Origin: Macrostomum lignano
Lineage: Eukaryota
DNA length: 64,000 bases
Direction: 5' to 3'
NCBI GenBank assembly: GCA_002269645.1
Contig: NIVC01002019.1
Location: forward strand, 39,040 to 103,039
The notes beneath the pieces are model-generated. The model did not search any database. It saw only the letters and a program-made list of their open reading frames with translations, and was not told where the DNA came from. Below are positions 12,250 through 25,552 of this stretch, piece after piece. The translations under genes and the position numbers were made by a program. Within the stretch, counting starts at the first letter, position 1. Every line of letters begins with the position of its first letter.

Positions 12250-13575
12250 TTATCGTGATTTTTGGAAATGAGACAGAAGCATGCACAGCTTTGATAAGGT
12301 CTCATCACCTAGGCGAGAACAAATCCGAGTCATCAAAATGGCAGTGGCAGAAAATGCCCTTTCTGCTTCAACACTAGTTGGTGCAATGGACAAAAGGGCA
12401 CAGTTTAGCGTCATCAGCAGCTTGCCCAATTGGCCAGTAGATCGCATAAATTCTATTTTGCATCCAACTACACGTTCCACTTTACATTCTCGTCCTGCAG
12501 CATCAGAACAGTTGCTGTCGCTGTCTGTCTCCAGCTTGTCCAACTCAGCATTGAGTCGCTCCGCCATTGTTAAGTTGTTGGACACTTCCTGTAGAGCCCG
12601 AGGCTGAGAGCCATTACTGTCACTGTACAAGAAAAAATAGAATTGAATTATATAACTATCAAATATTAAAAGTTGTGTATTTACACAATTTGATTACCTG
12701 AAGGCAGAAGTTCCTTGTGCTTCAGCAGCAAAGGTTGTGGCAGTGGATACTAGATCAAGGTTCTTAGCAATGGAGATTAGCATGGATTTTGCGGCATTAA
12801 ATTCGGAATTACTATTGGCGACGTAGCCTTTGCGCTTCAGAAACTGTAGAGCCAATAAGGTGCCACCCTGCCATTGAATAAAACGCTTTTCTAAAGCATT
12901 CAGTAAATCATTGGCAAGTCTGCTTCTCTGAGATTGAAGCTCTTTAATAGCAAAGTTGAATGCAGCTCCAGCTTTGAGTAAATTATAACTATGGCTTGAC
13001 AGCATAGTAACAATAAGACTTAGAGGCTGAAGTGCAGTGCACAGATCTCGAAGCTGCTCCAGATCTTCTAGTTTAAGTGGTGACTCTAATCCAAGATGAA
13101 GCATAGCACTGTGCATGGACGCCTCCAACAGAAGAAAAATGCTGCACCATGTCAAGGAGCAAATTCCAATGTGTTTTGACATAAACAATAAGCTTAAGTT
13201 CCTTGCCATGCTGAGCCCACACAAAGCTCTGGAGAGTGTCATTTCGCGTGGGGCTATGGTGAAAGATAAGAATCACTTCTCGATGATGATTAAATGACAC
13301 TCTAATATCGCTGCTGAATTTGATTTCCTTGGTATCATGGTCATTTACTGACCATTCAATATTGTCCTCTCTCTTCATCTTTGTCGTTGGACTGACGCCT
13401 GCTCAACAACATCTGGCTCAGTGGTCTCAGGTAGTTTTTGATTGTAGATTACGTCCAATATAGCAAGATGGATACCATGGGCGTGGCACTGTTGGTGCTC
13501 AATTTTCAGTAGCCTGGTCAGTTTCACCATGACCAAAGCACCATCTGTGGTACACGCTATTAAATTTAATTATGT
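12250..13575 (-). pseudogene. hAT transposase remnant (frameshifted, N-terminal half missing)
   Basis: TTDGA..M...CHAHGIHLA (catalytic D and CxxH) around 13480-13560. LQPLSLIVTMLS lies in 12694-13242. The hAT dimerization domain SIAPTSVEAERAFS..SRLGDETL lies in 12250-12630. The pieces are in different frames with stops. Confidence 0.88.
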
Positions 13576-13792
13576 TAGTATAATAATTTATGTTAGCTTA
13601 GCACTTCACTTTAAAATTTACTTTAATTTAAAGTTAAAATTAAAATAGGAGTGCAAAACATTATTACAGAATTTGATGCCATGGTACACTGAAATATTTG
13701 CATTTAAGCATAAACAGGAGGGATATTAAATCAAAAAGTGCTAGCTGGTCTAGGATTCTAATCAATAAGATAAGCAATTTAAAAGTGTCTTG

Positions 13793-14090
13793 CCTGATTG
13801 CAGCGCATGGGCATTTTGGCGGACGGCGTCCGGCGCGGATCAGCCTGCACGGCGTAGCATTGGTGGTAGACCAGGGGTAAGTCGCAAAAATGCCACCCCA
13901 TAGAATACGTGCGTAGTACTAATTAGATGCCGAGGCATTTAGGCTTGATAAGACAGTCATAGTTACTCCTGCCGTTTACCTAAAACTGCGTTAATTTTGC
14001 TTTAGGGTTTCTTTCACAGGTAAGTCATTTCACAGCGTGGCGCAGGTTGTGTAGGCGTCTGGCGTACTTAAGCCATGCGCTGCAATAGGG
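13793..14090. mobile_element. 298-bp MITE nested in the hAT element
   Basis: 18-bp TIRs CCTGATTGCAGCGCATGG / CCATGCGCTGCAATAGGG (two mismatches) and an 8-bp TSD GTGTCTTG at 13785-13792 and 14091-14098. Confidence 0.85.
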
Positions 14091-16499
14091 GTGTCTTGGC
14101 CCTCTTGGGACTAAGTTTTTTTTTAAGACAAAGTAATGAACCTAGAGTACTAGGTAGACCTCAGATGATTACAAGTTACAGTTACAACCATAGTCATACC
14201 TCCATAAATACTACATTACTTACTGCTAGTATAGTAAGCAAGCTAGGCCTACTATATCTAGAAGTATATAAGTAAATACAGTGAGTAATAATAATAAATA
14301 ATTTTGTAACAATTTTATAATAATAATATTATTTATAATTATGATATTTATAATGATAGCTAATGGTCCAAACTAGTATATTTACGCAATAAACTTCTCT
14401 TTGCTTAGTTATTATACAAGTAGAAATAGAAGATTGTTTGATAATAATAAATAATATTTATCCATAAAAGATAATTGATAATAATTGATTACAACAAAAA
14501 TAACTTGTTTTAATATAGGTTATATAGCTAGCTATACAATATCAATGTAAATTATCAAAGTGAATGTCATGTTTAATGCCACATTACAGTGTTAGACATC
14601 ATGCAAGACGCAACTCACAAACATGTGAAAATAAATTACACCTTACAAAACAAAAAAAAATAAATTTCTGCTTGACAAACTGCTCTAACAAATTTTGCTG
14701 CTTTTTTATGTGTGATTTCGATACAGACATGCAGACTGCAGTTGTATTATTTCATATTTTTTAAAGTTGAACCTTTTTTTTCAAATTTTACATGATTATT
14801 TTAGTTGAAACAAGAAAATTAAAATCAGTTTGAATCCCAAAACAATCCTGTGATTTAAGCCTTACAATCCTGGGATCCTAATCCCACACTGTTGTAATCC
14901 CAAAGATCATAAATCCCGAAATTTCAAGTCCCAAAATATCCTGGGATTGAAATCCCGTGTTTTGAGGCTAAATCCTGCTATCCCCGGATCCCAGGATTGG
15001 AATGCCTATATAGGTTTTAAAAAGAATGACTTTATAAAGGTTTTAGAAAGAGTTCAATTTTCTTCAAACTTGGGCCATTTGATCAGAAATGTTTACTGTT
15101 TTTACTATGTTAATATTGGTAAATATTTTTGTTAGGTTCAATTATCTATAGTTCTGCATATATAGGTATTAAGTTGTATAGAAATATGATTAAGAATAAA
15201 ATTATTTATTAAGTTATAAAAATTTAGACAATAAAAATTAATTTTTTAAAAGTTTTTTAACAAGGTAATTTAACTAAACTATAGTAAATACTTTCAAATA
15301 TATGGTTGCAATAACTAAGTAGTTTAAATAAAAATAAAGGCCAGATGTCTACTTGCTTACTTTGCTTAGTTTTATAAGTAGTTTGAAAGTTTTAATACAA
15401 TTTGCTATTAAGATTACAAAAACAATAATGATTGTTTCAAAAGAAAGATGTTTCAATCTACTGTCACAAACTAAACTAGAAGCCAACCCTCTAGCTTGGA
15501 AGGGCCTATGCAGCATCATTTTGGTTAATGTGATTTTGATGTCACTCATTAAAAAATGAGGTGAATTCAGTTGAAGTGAAAGACAGATTCTCATCACTAA
15601 ATTATTCTTTCAAATATGCTACAATGAGTAGAATGAGTCCTGATGGCACTGAATATTAATAATATTCAAATGATTGCACCATTATATGCTGCAAATTTCT
15701 CAATCCAGTTTAGTACCCTATCAGCCTACTTACAGTAGCATATACTGAGCCTATATGGACGCATAGATTTTAATATACATGTTATGCTAAATGATATGTT
15801 GGTCAACTAGCTATAATGATTTGTATAGCATCGTCACTGTTGTATTCACTGTTTTTTAAACTTTGTTTCGTTTTTTGGGACTCATTGAAAAGCATGCAGT
15901 GGATATTTTAGTTGGATTTCAGTTTTTACAGCTTTTTGAATGAATCACTAGTTGCTACGTTGCTGGCACCAATTCTTTCTCTTGCGGTGGTGCGGTCCTA
16001 GTATCAGATTTCTTTATATTCAATCTGTTTGGCAACGTTCTCTTCGTCTCGTGTGTTTTTCTAATTCTCACCTTCCGCTGCTCCTTTTTCAGTTGGCGTT
16101 AATTATGCTAATTGATGGTGTTGTGGAGCTTTGACCGCAGTGACCTGTTCTGTTCTTGCGCCTGTGAGTGCGTGTGTGTAGGCGGATGCAGGCTTAGCCA
16201 GCTGCTTTTTGTTTTGTTTCACTTCTAATCCGCGTGCTTGTTGCGCTTGCACTTTCAGTTGCTTTTCTCTCTTTTTAAACATCCTCTTTATTAAGTGATT
16301 GTAGCCTTAAGTGAAAGTGAAAAGATGTCTATTTGATGTTTTTTGTCGGCATTTATCATGCGTCAAGATTGGGTTTCAGTTCACCTATCTAGATCGCTTG
16401 TGACTGTAAAATAAGGCGCTGATTAACGCGTTAATTAATTATCTAGGCTAGTTTTACCAAAGTGTTACGAAGCAACCAGTGTTAATGTCCTTAAATGTT

Positions 16500-17095
16500 A
16501 GTGTTACAGCCAAACTCCCAGATCCCCAGTTGCAGCCAAACTCCCAGATCCCCAGTTGCAGCCAAACTCCCAGATCCCCAGTTGCAGCCAAACTCCCAGA
16601 TCCCCAGTTGCAGCCAAACTCCCAGATCCCCAGTTGCAGCCAAACTCCCAGATCATCAGTTGTTACAGCCAAACTCCCAGATCCTCAGTTGTTACAGCCA
16701 AGCTCCCAGATCCTCAGTTGTTTTAGCCAAACTCCCAGATCCTCAGTTGTTTTAGCCAAACTCCCAGATCCTCAGTTGTTTTAGCCAAACTCCCAGATCC
16801 TCAGTTGTTACAGCCAAACTCCCAGATCCTCAGTTGTTACAGCCAAACTGCCAGATCCTCAGTTGTTTTAGCCAAACTGCCAGATCCTCAGTTGTTACAG
16901 CCAAACTGCCAGATCCTCAGTTGTTACAGCCAAACTCCCAGATCCTCAGTTGTTACAGCCAAACTGCCAGATCCTCAGTTGTTACAGCCAAACTCCCAGA
17001 TCCTCAGTTGTTACAGCCAAACTGCCAGATCCTCAGGTGTTACAGCCAAACTGCCAGATCCTCAGGTGTTACAGCCAAACTTCCAGATCCTCAGT
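16500..17095. repeat. 26/29-bp minisatellite (CAGCCAAACTCCCAGATCCTCAGTTGTTA) upstream of the INTS7 ATG
   Basis: Directly visible. Lies inside a candidate 5'-UTR intron (GTGAGT at 16164, TTTCAG ending 17138). Confidence 0.93.
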
Positions 17096-17160
17096 TATAT
17101 GTGGTTAATGTATATTGTGCATAACGTCTATATTTCAGCGTACAGTGAGTAGCTGGCCGC

Positions 17161-20100
17161 ATGGCGCTGGTACTAGAGTCTGAGAAGGACGCCAACTACC
17201 TGATTAACGAGATCAACAACGGTCTCCGATCGAACGTGCCCGCCGAGCAGAGCCAGGCTCTATTAAAATTCCCAATCCTAGTGCACAGGTATCCATTCCC
17301 TGTAGTGATCAATGCAATCTTTTCTAAGATTGTCGATCTATTCCGTGATGGTAGCAATTTTCAACGTCTGTCTATTCTATACGTGTGCCAGCAGTGCGCC
17401 CAACACCTGGACAGTAGCAAGGTGCGCAATAGCGATTACGTCATCAAGATAGTGCTAGGAGTGTGCCATTCAAACGATCCGTCAGCTAGAGCTCTGGCCG
17501 TTCGTCTGTTAGCCAGCCTGCCAGGCCTCACTGCAGACAACTGCTCTGTGCACAGCGCCGTCTGCTCCGCGCTCGACTCTCACTGGCCAGTTGAACTCGA
17601 AGCCGCCGTCTGGGCTACCCATCGTTTGGCGCCGCTATCGCCGGCGCTAAGCCGCGGCGCCGCTGACCGGCTATTAGCCTCGGTTGGCGATCTGCGCGTC
17701 GACCCGCGAACTAAACTCGCCCTGTACGCCGCCTGCTGCAGCCTCGGCCGGGCTGGCGGGGACGCCATTGGCCTGCTGTTGGACCGGCTTCGGGGCGAGC
17801 TGGTTGACTGTCCGGCTACTGAGGCTCAGTCTGTGCTGCTCCGCGTGCTCACCAGACTGTCGCTGATGTCACCTGCTAGCCTGCCAGCCACCCTGCAGCT
17901 GCACTGCCGCCGACTACTGTCCGGCAAGCTGCCCGACGTTGAAAACAGTGAAGCCAACGATGGCGACGACCGTGGGGACTCAGGGGGCGAGACTCGGCCT
18001 CGCCTTCGCCGAATCCTGCTAGCCAACCTGCTCGCCATGGCCGGTCCAGCCGCGGCGCACCACTGGACTCTGGCCGAGGTTTGCCGGCTTGTTCGTTTCA
18101 TTGAGGCTGCGACGGCAACGGCTGCTGCGTCGTCGGCTACGCCAGCTGGCGCCGAGGATGCGTTGGTTGTCGATGACGGCCTGCAGGTAGCCGGCGCTTT
18201 GGCTTACGGAGACGCCTACCGCCTGCTGCTGGAGGCCGGACTGCTGCCTCTGCTGCGCCGGATTGTCTACGCTGATTCGGCTGATGGCGTCGGCATCGGT
18301 GTCGCCCTAGCGCTGGACGTCGCCGTCCGCATTGCCGTAGCAAACGGAGACGCCGATTTAGCTGAAGAGCTGGCGGCTCTGCTAGCGGATCGATTGCCTC
18401 GTTCGGTTGCCGCCGCTGTCGAGCCGGCGCTCAATCGGTTGCTAGGCGCCTGGCACTCGTTGCTAGGCAGATTTCCTCACCTAGGCGACGTGTTGTTTAC
18501 GCCTGATTTGTTAGCCGACTTGCTGAATGCCGGCGGCGGCGACGCTCAGCGGCATCTGGGGATACGCGCTGTCCGGTGCCTCGCAAGCCTGACTGTCCGG
18601 TGCCGGCCGGGTATCGACTGTGCCGATTGGCTGGCCGGCTGGCTGAGCAAGCGCCAAGATGGCGCCTCCGCCGAGCAAATCGAGGCCGCCTGCGCGCTCC
18701 TGTTCAAGACCGACTGTTGCAGGGTGGGGCGTCCATTGCCTAGTCAGGATGCCGCCGTGTTGAGCTCGCTGGGAGGGCTTAATAACTGGCAGGTAATTGA
18801 CCGATATGTTGTAAATTCATTTTTGCTATAATAAACTTAGTAGCTGGAGATCTTTCGCATTTAATTTACAATTTTAGAGGTAGCAAATTTATGGGTTTAA
18901 TAAAGTTTGGAAGATTCGGTATTGGAAGTTTCGGGATTGGGAAGATTCAGGATTGGAAGTTTCGGGATTGGGAGGATTCAGGATAGGGAAGATTCGAAAT
19001 TGGAAGTTTCGGGATTGGAAGTTTCGGGACTGGGAAGATTCAGGATAGGGAAGTTTCGGGATTGGGAGATTCGGGATTGGAAGCTTCGAGATTGGGAAGA
19101 TTCAGGATAGGGAAGATTCGAGATTGGAAGTTTCGGGATTAGGAAGATTCAGGATAGGGAAGATTCGAGATTGGAAGTTTCGGGATTGGGAAGATTCAGG
19201 ATAGGGAAGATTCGAGATTGGAAGTTTCGGGATTGGGAAGATTCAGGATAGGGAAGATTCGAGATTGGAAGTTTCGGGATTAGGAGATTCGGGATTGGAA
19301 GTTTCGGGATTGGGAAGATTCAGGATAGGGAAGATTCGAGATTGGAAGTTTCGGGATTGGGAAGATTCGGGGCTGGGAAATTTCGGGGTAGAAAGATTTA
19401 TTCAGGATGGGGAAGTTTTGGGTTGGGAAAGTTTTGGGATTGGGATTTTCAAGATTGACAGGTTTGATGATTAAAGAACAAGGAAATTTCTAATGCGTTT
19501 AGGCATCCTAATAATTAACCATAAGAATGTTTTTTAACTCTCATTCCGCTCAGGCCTACCGCATCGCCCGGGCCGCCAGCAAGCACGGCCGCTTAGGCCT
19601 GGCCGGCCAGATCTTTGACCAGCTGGTCAACAGCGCCCAGGAGCGGCCCGCTTTCTGGTTGCGCGGCCTCGCTCTACTCTGCCAGGCCGAGGCTAACGGC
19701 AGCGCCGGCTTCCAGGACGTCAACGAGGAGGATCCGTTGGCTCGACTGGACGAATGGTGCGAGCGACTGCGCGAGGCCCTGGCTAGCTTTGTGTCGGCTA
19801 ACGGCACTGGCGGCGACCCTGGCGCTCTCTGGTTCCCCGTTGCTTTTGCCGGTTCGTGTCTGTCAACTGCTGTCATAAAATTCTTCAATAAGCTACCAAT
19901 AATGCCTTGAAATCTCTTATAACCTACCAATAATAAGCTGCCCTAAAGTCCTCTACAATCTATTCTAAAGTTTCTGTAAGTCGCCCTGACAATCTCTGAT
20001 AATCCGCCCTGACAATCTCTGATAATCCGCCCTGGCAATCTCTGATAATCCGCCCTGACAATTTCTGATAATCCGACCTTAAAATCTCTGATAATCCGCC

Positions 20101-23100
20101 CTGACAATCTCTGATAATCCGCCCTGACAATCTCTGATAATCCGCCCTGACAATCTCTGATAATCCGCCCTGACAATCTCTGATAATCCGCCCTGACAAT
20201 CTCTGATAATCCGCCCTGACAATCTCTGATAATCCGCCCTGGCAATCTCTGATAATCCGCCCTGTCAATCTCTGATAATCCGCCCTGACAATCTCTGATA
20301 TTCCGACCTGACAATCTCTGATAATCCGCCCTGGCAATCTCTGATAATCCGCCCTGACAATCTCTGATAATCCGCCCTGTCAATCTCTGATAATCCGCCC
20401 TGACAATCTCTGATATTCCGACTTGACAATCTCTGATAATCCGCCCTGACAATCTCTGATATTCCGACCTGACAATCTCTGATAATCTGCCCTGAATAAT
20501 CGAGCCTCCTCCCCAACCTTTAAATCCAGGCCGCCGCTTCCACTTCGTCGCCGCCTGCCAGTCGTTCGCCACGCTTGCCTATCAGCTGCAGCCGGGCCGT
20601 CTGGCCGCTGTACAACTCGCCGCCGCCGCCGACGAAGCTGACGCCGAGGCGGCCGCAGCTCGCCGCCTACGAGCCGCCTGCGTGGACGCTGATCCTGGCA
20701 GCCTGGCGCAGGTGGACTGCCTGGCCTGGCAGATGACCGCGTTGGCCTCGCTAATGCGGGCTCTGGCCGCTTACGATGCCGCAACGGATAATCCGCCTCC
20801 GCCGCTGCCGCTGATCATCCCGACACCGTCGGCTTCGCCAACTGAAGATGCCGATAAAGACGATCCGATGCTTGATGACGCAGATGCAGGCTCAGCGGAG
20901 TCTGCTGGTCAAGTTGCTTGGCAACGATCTCAGCTGCCGTACGCGTGCGCTACTCAGTGCCAGCTGATGCAGAGCATTGTTGACACCTGCTGGGATCGGT
21001 GAGTGTTGCTGTTATTTTCTATCGAATCTCTGGCTATGCTATACAGTATGCGCCTTGGTTCTAGGGTTTAAAAGTACAAGTGGTCAGTTTTATTAATTAA
21101 AAGATCAACTCCAACCTTTCAGTCTTATTCTATTAGCTGTTACTATGCGGGTATGTTAGTATTGAGCATATTAAAGAACTTTAAACCCGTCTGGCACAGC
21201 CGTCAGCAGAAACCAACTAGGGCATATATACGTATATGTCTGTTTTCAGAGCGATTTCATTTTCTAGATTAGCAACAGGAGGTTAGCAACCGTGCTAGCT
21301 GATAACAAGTAGCGTGCGAAAGTGAGATTTTGCACGCGTTCTTTACCAACATAGATTTATTTTTGTTGCTAAAGTTTGTCTGTGTTAAAAATCTCAGTTC
21401 TATGTTGATTTGTCAACATAAATGGAATAGGTATGCAAAAACATTGTGTCATGCTGTACGCTTATTATTCCACGCTTAGGAATCATTATTTTAGGCTTCT
21501 AAAAATACATTCATGAGACAATGTGTTTGTGTATATGGTTTTGTCATAGACAATGATAAATTTTAGTCACTCGTGGCTTCGCCACTCGTTAAAAATTTAT
21601 CATTGTCTACCTCCAAAACCATATACACAATCTATCATTATTGGGGGTACATAGGCCTGATTAGCAGTCAATTCGGTATATAATTATCATACCATAGAGA
21701 ATACGCTCGCATGTGTCAGATTAGCCAAATCTATAAGATCATTTAGTAATCCATAAGCTAGATTAGCAATTCATGAGCTAGATTAGCAATCCATAAGCTA
21801 GATTAGCAATTCATGAGCTAGATTAGCAATCCATCAGCTAGACTAGCAATCCATAAGCTAGATTAGCAATCCATAAGCTTGATTAGCAATCCATCAGCTA
21901 GATTAGCAATCCATAAGCTAGATTAGCAATCCATAAGCTAGATTAGCAATCCATAAGCTAGATTAGCAATCCATAAGCTAGATTAGCAATCCATAAGCTA
22001 GATTAGCAATCCATAAGCTAGACTAGCAATCCATAAGCTAGATTAGCAATTCATGAGCTAGATTAGCAATCCATCAGCTAGACTAGCAATCCATCAGCTA
22101 GATTAGCAATCCATAAGCTAGACTAGCAATCCATAAGCTAGACTAGCAATCCATAAGCTTGATTAGCAATCCATAAGCTAGATTAGCAATCCATAATCTA
22201 GATTAGCAATCCATAAGCTAGATTAGCAATCCATAAGCTAGATTAGCAATCCATAAGCTAGACTAGCAATCCATAAGCTAGATTAGCAATCCATGAGCTA
22301 GATTAGCAATCCATAAGCTAGACTAGCAATCCATGAGCTAGATTAGCAATCCATAAGCTAGACTAGCAATCCATAAGCTAGATTAGCAATCCATAAGCTA
22401 GATTAGCAATCCAATAAGCTAGACTAGCAATCCATAAGCTAGATTAGCAATCCATAAGCTAGATTAGCAATCCAATAAGCTAGATTAGCAATGCATAAGC
22501 TAGATTAGCAATCCATAAGCTAGATTAGCAATCCATAAGCTAGATTAGCAATCCAATAAGCTAGATTAGCAATCCAATAAGCTAGATTAGCAATGCATAA
22601 GCTAGATTAGCAATCCATAAGCTAGATTAGCAATCCATAAGCTAGATTAGCTATCCATAAGCTTGATTAGCAATCCATAAGCTAGATTAGCAATCCATAA
22701 GCTAGATTAGCAATCCATAAGCTAGATTAGCAATCCAATAAGCTAGATTAGCAATCCATAAGCTAGATTAGCAATCCATAAGCTAGATTAGCAATCCAAT
22801 AAGCTAGATTAGCAATCCATAAGCTAGATTAGCAATCCAATAAGCTAGATTAGCAATCCATAAGCTAGATTAGCAATTCATGAGCTAGATTAGCAATCCA
22901 TCAGCTAGACTAGCAATCCATAAGCTAGATTAGCAATCCATAAGCTAGATTAGCAATCCATAAGCTAGATTAGCAATCCAATAAGCTAGATTAGCAATCC
23001 ATAAGCTAGATTAGCAATCCATAAGCTAGATTAGCAATCCAATAAGCTAGATTAGCAATCCAATAAGCTAGATTAGCAATGCATAAGCTAGATTAGCAAT

Positions 23101-23887
23101 CCAATAAGCTAGACTAGCAATCCATAAGCTAGATTAGCAATCCATAAGCTAGATTAGCAATCCATAAGCTAGATTAGCAATCCATAAGCTAGATTAGCAA
23201 TCCATAAACTAGATTAGCAATCCATAAGCTAGATTAGCAATCCATAAACTAGATTAGCAATGCATAAGCTAGATTAGCAATCCATAAGCTAGATTAGCAA
23301 TCCATTATCCATCAGCCACTTCTCCATCCTTCAGCCTTACCCAGCTACGCAGTCAACACAGCCTAAACTCGCCAGCTGGTCGCGAGCTGCTACTGGAGAC
23401 GCTGTGGCGCCTGCTCCGCTGCCCGTTCTGCTTGCCGCGCTATTTTTTCCAGCGCCTTCAGCGCACCAGAATCAGCCTGCACGTGACCCCGGCTCGCCGG
23501 GCGGCGGCCAATCCTGAGCCAGTCAAAGTCGGCGTAGACTACGTATTGAAAGTCGAAGGCGTTGTGGAGCAGACTGGCCCGGTTCTGCTCCGCAGATTAG
23601 CCAGCGTCGCTGTCGTAGTTGCCGTCCGGCCGCACTCGACAGCCGCTAGCGGCTCCGACATCGCCGCCGGATTCGAGTCGGCAACATCTGCTAGAGGCGG
23701 CTGGCAGCAGCGGCTGACGGCTACGCTGCCAGTGCCAACAGACTATTTCAGCAAGCAGTTCGTGCTGAGCTTCAATCGGCGGCCGGGACTCTATCTTATT
23801 AAAGTACATGTGCACCCGATTGACAAGACCGGAGCTCAATGGAGCGCCGTTGAGAAGGAGAGAGTGTACGTGCGGGTCTCCAACTGA
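17161..23887 (+). CDS. INTS7: Integrator complex subunit 7 (983 aa)
   Basis: Exons 17161-18792, 19554-19851, 20530-20998 and 23335-23887 are in frame with GT-AG introns. Motifs: GLRS...Q..ALLKFP.L.HRYPFPVVIN, HSNDPSARALAVRLL, WQAYRIARAASKHG, DADPGSL, PRYFFQRLQ.T.I.L, LKVEGVV. AATAAA at about 23943. Confidence 0.95.
18905..19420. repeat. G-rich repeat of 13-14-bp subunits (GGAAGTTTCGGGATT / GGGAAGATTCAGGATA), INTS7 intron 1
   Basis: Directly visible. Confidence 0.9.
19980..20495. repeat. 23-bp minisatellite (CCGCCCTGACAATCTCTGATAAT), INTS7 intron 2
   Basis: Directly visible. Confidence 0.95.
21527..21630. mobile_element. Small palindromic element in INTS7 intron 3
   Basis: Inverted arms of about 38-40 bp (TTGTGTATATGGTTTTG..AGACAATGATAAATTTT and its complement) around the core ACTCGTGGCTTCGCCACTCGT. 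Confidence 0.6.
21740..23305. repeat. 20/21-bp minisatellite (AGCTAGATTAGCAATCCATA), INTS7 intron 3
   Basis: Directly visible. Confidence 0.95.
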
Positions 23888-23974
23888 CTTGGGGGGGGGG
23901 GCAGATGGAAGAGTTACTGTTGAAGCTTTGCTTTTTTGCTTCAATAAACTCTATTGCTCGCTACAAGGCAAGAA

Positions 23975-24885
23975 GGAATAGAAAGAATGGATTGCTAATC
24001 TATTGTCAACATCAGCGGATAGAATAGAATGGATTGTTAATCTTTTGTCAACATCAGCGGATAGAATAGAATGGATTGCTAATCTATTGTCAACATCAGC
24101 GGATAGAATAGAATGGATTGTTAATCTTTTGTCAACATCAGCGGATAGAATAGAATGGATTGTTAATCTTTTGTCAACATCAGCGGATAGAATAGAATGG
24201 ATTGCTAATCTATTGTCAACATCAGCGGATAGAATAGAATGGATTTTTAATCTATCGTCAACATCAGCGGATAGAATAAAATGGATTGTTAATCTTTTGT
24301 CAACATCAGCGGATAGAATAGAATGGATTGTTAATCTTTTGTCAACATCAGCGGATAGAATAGAATGGATTTTTAATCTATTGTCAACATCAGCGGATAG
24401 AATAGAATGGATTGCTAATCTATTGTCAACATCAGAGGATAGAATAGAATAGATTGTTAATCTATTGTCAACATCGGAGGATAGAATAGAATGGATTGTT
24501 AATCTATTGTCAACATCGGAGGATAGAATAGAATGGATTTTTAATCTATTGTCAACATCAGAGGATAGAATAGAATGGATTGCTAATCTATTGTCAACAT
24601 CAGAGGATAGAATAGAATGGATTGCTAATCTATTGTCAACATCAGAGGATAGAATAGAATGGATTGTTAATCTATTGTCAACATCAGAGGATAGAATAGA
24701 ATGGATTGCTAATCTATTGTCAACATCGGAGAATAAAATAGAATGGATTTTTAATCTATTGTCAACATCAGAGGATAGAATAGAATGGATTGCTAATCTA
24801 TTGTCAACATCGGAGGATAGAATAGAATGGATTTTTAATCTATTGTCAACATCAGAGGATAGAATAGAATGGATTGCTAATCTAT
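23975..24885. repeat. 39-bp minisatellite (GATAGAATAGAATGGATTGCTAATCTATTGTCAACATCAGCG-type) 3' of INTS7
   Basis: Directly visible; produces the 13-aa periodic pseudo-ORFs. Confidence 0.95.
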
Positions 24886-25552
24886 CCCACCTCTAAAGAC
24901 AAACTACTCGCAAGCATTTTATAGACACGCATTTATTATATGTGGATTTCATTAAAGGCTATTTCATGAATCTAATTATTGGGATTAACAAGTGGCAAAT
25001 TATTATTTAGTGCTAGCCCAAGGCGCTAAAAATATATTTTCATTGTGGTGCATTAATATTACGGGCTTTTGTTTTTTAGGATTGTATTGAATTCATGTTA
25101 GTTGAATATGCTAGGCTATTAACTAGCTGTTAATAAATTTCATATTATACTCGTATATGACATTTTCAATCTGCATTATGTACCATTAGTAGTTGCTTTT
25201 GCTCGCATTTGCAGCGCATATGTTTCTGTTTATAAGTAAAAGCGTTAAAAATGTTTCTCTATTTTCTTTTGTCGACTTTGTCGACTTGCACCAGTCTTTT
25301 TTATTTGATATTTTTATTTGTTAGAAAGTATGACAGTCACGTCGGCTACATAGTTACATATAGGAGTAAGCTACCATCATTCTAGTACGAATCGGGTTAT
25401 TTATCTCCTATCATTCTGACGCTTACTTTTCCTTAAAAGTTTAGTGCATTATTGCATTGTCAAATTGTACACTGAGTTAATATAAATGAGAAATTATGAA
25501 TATGAAATACTGTATAGAGATAGTTTATCCGCATATTTATTTATCGGCACTG

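Larger units (their letters stand above)
11820..15008 (-). mobile_element. Defective hAT DNA transposon
   Basis: 12-bp TIRs TAGGGATTCCAA / TTGGAATGCCTA (one mismatch) and a perfect 8-bp TSD TATAGGTT (11812-11819, 15009-15016). Subterminal ATCCC/GGGAT repeats. Contains transposase fragments. Confidence 0.92.
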
